Shown here: one piece after another, positions 61,040 through 64,000 of the stretch
How the letters are laid out: each line of letters begins with the position of its first letter
Position numbering within the stretch: position 1 is the stretch's first letter
From: Lama glama
Lineage: Eukaryota
Assembly: GCA_028534125.1 (NCBI GenBank)
Contig: CM052837.1
Coordinates: 37,448,001-37,512,000 of the forward strand
Length of the DNA stretch: 64,000 nt
Reading direction: 5' to 3'
Notes under the pieces: generated by a model
What the model saw: only the letters and a program-made list of their open reading frames with translations
Databases searched by the model: none
What the model was told of the DNA's origin: nothing
Translations under genes and position numbers: made by a program

Positions 61040-61470
61040 TCAACCCTCCTGCACTGCTGGTGGGAGTACAGATTGGCACAGCCACTGTGGAGGACAGTAT
61101 GGGGGTTCCTTAAAAAACTAAAAGTAGACTTACCATGTGATCCAGCAATCCCACTCCTGGGCATATAGCCAGAGAAAAATAAAATTCAAAAAGACCCCAA
61201 TGTTCACAGCAGCACTATTTACAATAGCCAAAACATGGAAACAGCCCAAATGTCTGTCAAGAGATGACTGGATAAGAAGCTGTGATATGTATACATAGTG
61301 AAATACTACTCAGCCATAAAAAAGAATAAAATAATGCCATTTGCAGCAACATGGATGGACCTGGAGGTCATCATTCTAAGTGAAGTAAGCCCGAAAGAGA
61401 AAGAAAATTGCCATATTATATCACTTACATGTGGCACCTTTAAAAAAAGGACACAAGTGAACTATTTATT
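61040..61470 (+). mobile_element. Younger L1 ORF2 end / 3' UTR fragment
   Basis: Near-consensus CACTGCTGGTGGGA...CCAGCAATCCCACTCCTGGGCATAT...AATGTTCACAGCAGCACTATTTACAATAGCCAA...GCAGCAACATGGATGGACCTGGAG. ORF 61298-61483 (KYYSAIKKNKIMPFAATWMDLE) is the typical L1 ORF2 C-terminal remnant. Confidence 0.92.
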
Positions 61471-61600
61471 ATTTATAGCTTAGATGAGTGATTTCTTGAA
61501 TGTGTGTGAGCACGTTTGACTGTCCTTTATGACTGGATTACTGTATTCCGTTGATTTTTATTTTGCGTTTGGCTGTATTCCTTTGATACTATGTAAGTTT

Positions 61601-61743
61601 GGGGGAGGGTCTAGCTCAGGGGTAGAGTGCGTGCTTAACATGCATGAGGTCCTGGGTTCAAGCTCCAGTCCCTCCTCTAAAAATAAATAAATAAACCTAA
61701 TTACCCACCCCACCCCCAAAAAAGTTTATTAAAAAAAAAAGAA
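61601..61743 (+). mobile_element. tRNA-derived SINE (Vic-1-like), well preserved
   Basis: GGGGGAGGGTCTAGCTCAGGGGTAGAGTGCGTGCTTAACATGCATGAGGTCCTGGGTTCAA, then (TAAA)n and poly-A. Confidence 0.92.
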
Positions 61744-62150
61744 GCTAAAGCTCTAAACTGTTCTGAGAAACAATGATCAGTACAATATGTAAACTAAAAA
61801 AATACGTGCAGTATATTGTGCATATGTATTTACATGCAATATATCGTATATGTGCAGTTAAATTGTAACAATAAAACTGAAGTGAGAATAACAAAAAACA
61901 AACAAAAAAGAAATGAGTTTTCTCAACACACAGCTCGAGTCTGCATCTGCCTCTATTTACCTGAGTTAAAATCACCAAAGGGGCTTTAAGCATGGAGTTG
62001 CCACGTGACCCAAGAGAAATGACACCTCTGCCGAGAAGCCAGCACCAAAACCCAGCCCTGTCTCCTTCCCCATCACCTTCCCTCCTTCCGTTTTCCTTGG
62101 TTCCACTCACACTCTTTATCTCTTTTTAAAAACTAGCCTTTATTAGAGTA

Positions 62151-62179
62151 CATTTTTTTTTGCTTTTTTTGGGGGGAGG
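62151..62179 (-). mobile_element. Severely 5'-truncated SINE tail inserted in an L1 3' end fragment
   Basis: Poly-T plus GGGGGGAGG (reverse complement of the CCTCCCCCC-An SINE tail), flanked by TSD TATTAGAGTA at 62141-62150 and 62180-62189. Confidence 0.65.
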
Positions 62180-64000
62180 TATTAGAGTATAATTTACATA
62201 CGATGATATTCACCAATTTTAAGCAATTTGATGAGCCTTGACAAGCCTGTAATCATGTAACCACCCCACTAGCATGGCGTCTGTGGCCACAGCCCGGCTC
62301 ATGCACAGCTGGGCCATCTCACTAAGCCCTTCGCTCCAGGAACAGCCCTCCTTTCTCCCAGACACTCAGCCTTCCCCTCTCTTTGGCTTCCTTCTCGTCT
62401 GCTTTGATTTTATATCTTGTCCCAAAACTACTGGACGTCTGAGCATGTCCATCCTCTCCTGCCATCTCCTTCTCCTTGCTAACACCCCAGCCACTGCTCT
62501 TTGCTGAGAAATCAACCCAGAGGATTGGCGCCACCAGGAAGCAGACCTGGAATGGACCCTCGACACTCCTGGACTCCCTGTGTTTCTCCCGGGCCACTGG
62601 GCCCTGCCAGCTCCCACGCCTGGCCCTCCCTGCCTTCTGGAGCCTTCCTCCAGCATTAACCCCGCCCCGCCTCCAGCCCTTCCTCCTCGAAGCAGTGACC
62701 ACTCTGAAATGCAAGCCTGAGTCTGGAACTCTCTTGCCAAGAATCTTTCAGTGGCTCCTGAGCAGTGGCTTCTTTTCCTGCTCCTGATCCTCTCCCCAGG
62801 GTCCTGCCCTATTGCCCCGACTCTCGGCCTCACTCCTGCACCCCTCCCAGGCTCCAGCCACACTGGCCTCGTTCTTATTCGCCTGAGATGCCAAGTTTCC
62901 TTCAGCCCCTGCGCCTCTCCCAGGCCAGGCACCTCACGCCACAGTCTCACTCACGACCAATTGTGAGCCACCCCTCTGGTCTCAGCGCCTGACACCCCTC
63001 CCCCATCCCCACCCCCTGGGTGTTCACCCCCTGAGAAGCCTTCCTTTAGGTTAAACCCTTACATGTGCCCAGCTAGCACCCTGGGGACCACACCACGCTC
63101 AGCCCTGTCCCCAGCCACTAGTCCTGCAGGCCCTCAAGGAATGGTTCCTGCCGGGAAGGGCCGGGGGGACTGGAGGGTGGGGTAGTTCAGCTCATCACAG
63201 GCACAGAGAATGACTGAGGGAGAAAGAACCACCTTCATCCGGCCCTCCTGGTGTCCAAGACAGGACCCCAGACCAGGCTCGGACAGCTGTCGTCAGCTGG
63301 GGTACGGGGAGCCTACCTGGGGTGCTGAGGGACCCGGGAGACTCCTGCCCTGTGCAGGTCCCTCAGGCATCACCTGGGACTTTCCGGGGCTGTGCCACTG
63401 ATTAAGACTTTGCTGGTGGGGCCGAGGCACTCGGGCATTTCCTGCCCAGCCTCACTCCCTGAGGCCCTAGCCCTGTGGCCCTGCTCCTTCCTCCCCCGCC
63501 TGGGGGCTTTCCACAGAGCCTGAGGCCCCGCTATTTTTAGCTGAAGGAGAGGGGCCAATTCTTGGCCCCACTGCTTCCCCTGAGGGAGCTGGGCAAAAGT
63601 GGGGTGGGGTTGGCCCCCCCCCGCAGCCTGTTCGTTCCTCCCTGCCCCCAACCTCCCAAGCCAGGGTCCACCTGGGCAGCCCAGGTGGCTGGTGCATGAG
63701 GATGTCCAGGGCCTGGGCTGGAGCCCTGGGGTGAGGTGGACGCAGGGCCTGGGTGGGCTACCGCCCACTTCCTGTGGCCTCACCCCTGCATCAAAGGCCG
63801 CTGCGGGCCTGTGGTCACTCCCAGCTCCCACGCAGCCGGAGGGGCGGGGCCGGCGCAGGAACCCCTGGCAGCTGAGTCCTGCTCCCGGCAGCTTCAAAGC
63901 AGCAGGGTGGGCAGCCCTGCGGTTAGTGCAGATCCCGGGGGCAGGGTGGGGGACAGGAAGGGGGGATAACGGGGCTCTCTCCTCTGCTTCTTTGCCCTGC

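Overview
Mammalian genomic DNA, GC-rich and subtelomeric in style. It is most likely from a camelid, judged by several copies of a tRNA-Ala-derived SINE with a TAAA/CCTCCCC/poly-A tail resembling Vic-1. The window holds most of ZBTB46 (BTB/POZ plus C2H2 zinc-finger transcription factor, the classical dendritic-cell marker) on the minus strand. Its parts are a CpG-island promoter with non-coding exon 1 (donor at 49331), exon 2 (28605-29574; a 132-N gap hides the start codon), exon 3 (16728-17012) and zinc-finger exon 4 (602-777). The last exon lies left of the window. The rest is intronic or intergenic, with SINEs, MLT1/MaLR LTRs, old L1 fragments and small tandem repeats. Nearly all other ORFs in the track are GC-content artefacts. 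I see no prokaryote-style novel system. The best leads are regulatory: (1) a splice-junction uORF (MGSQSP*) in frame with the ZBTB46 start, whose stop codon doubles as a possible alternative acceptor; (2) a dense Ets/IRF/RUNX/CRE motif cluster in intron 2; (3) a twice-interrupted ~248-codon frame divergent from the promoter; (4) inverted SINEs around exons 2-3; (5) a sharp CpG boundary at the promoter.
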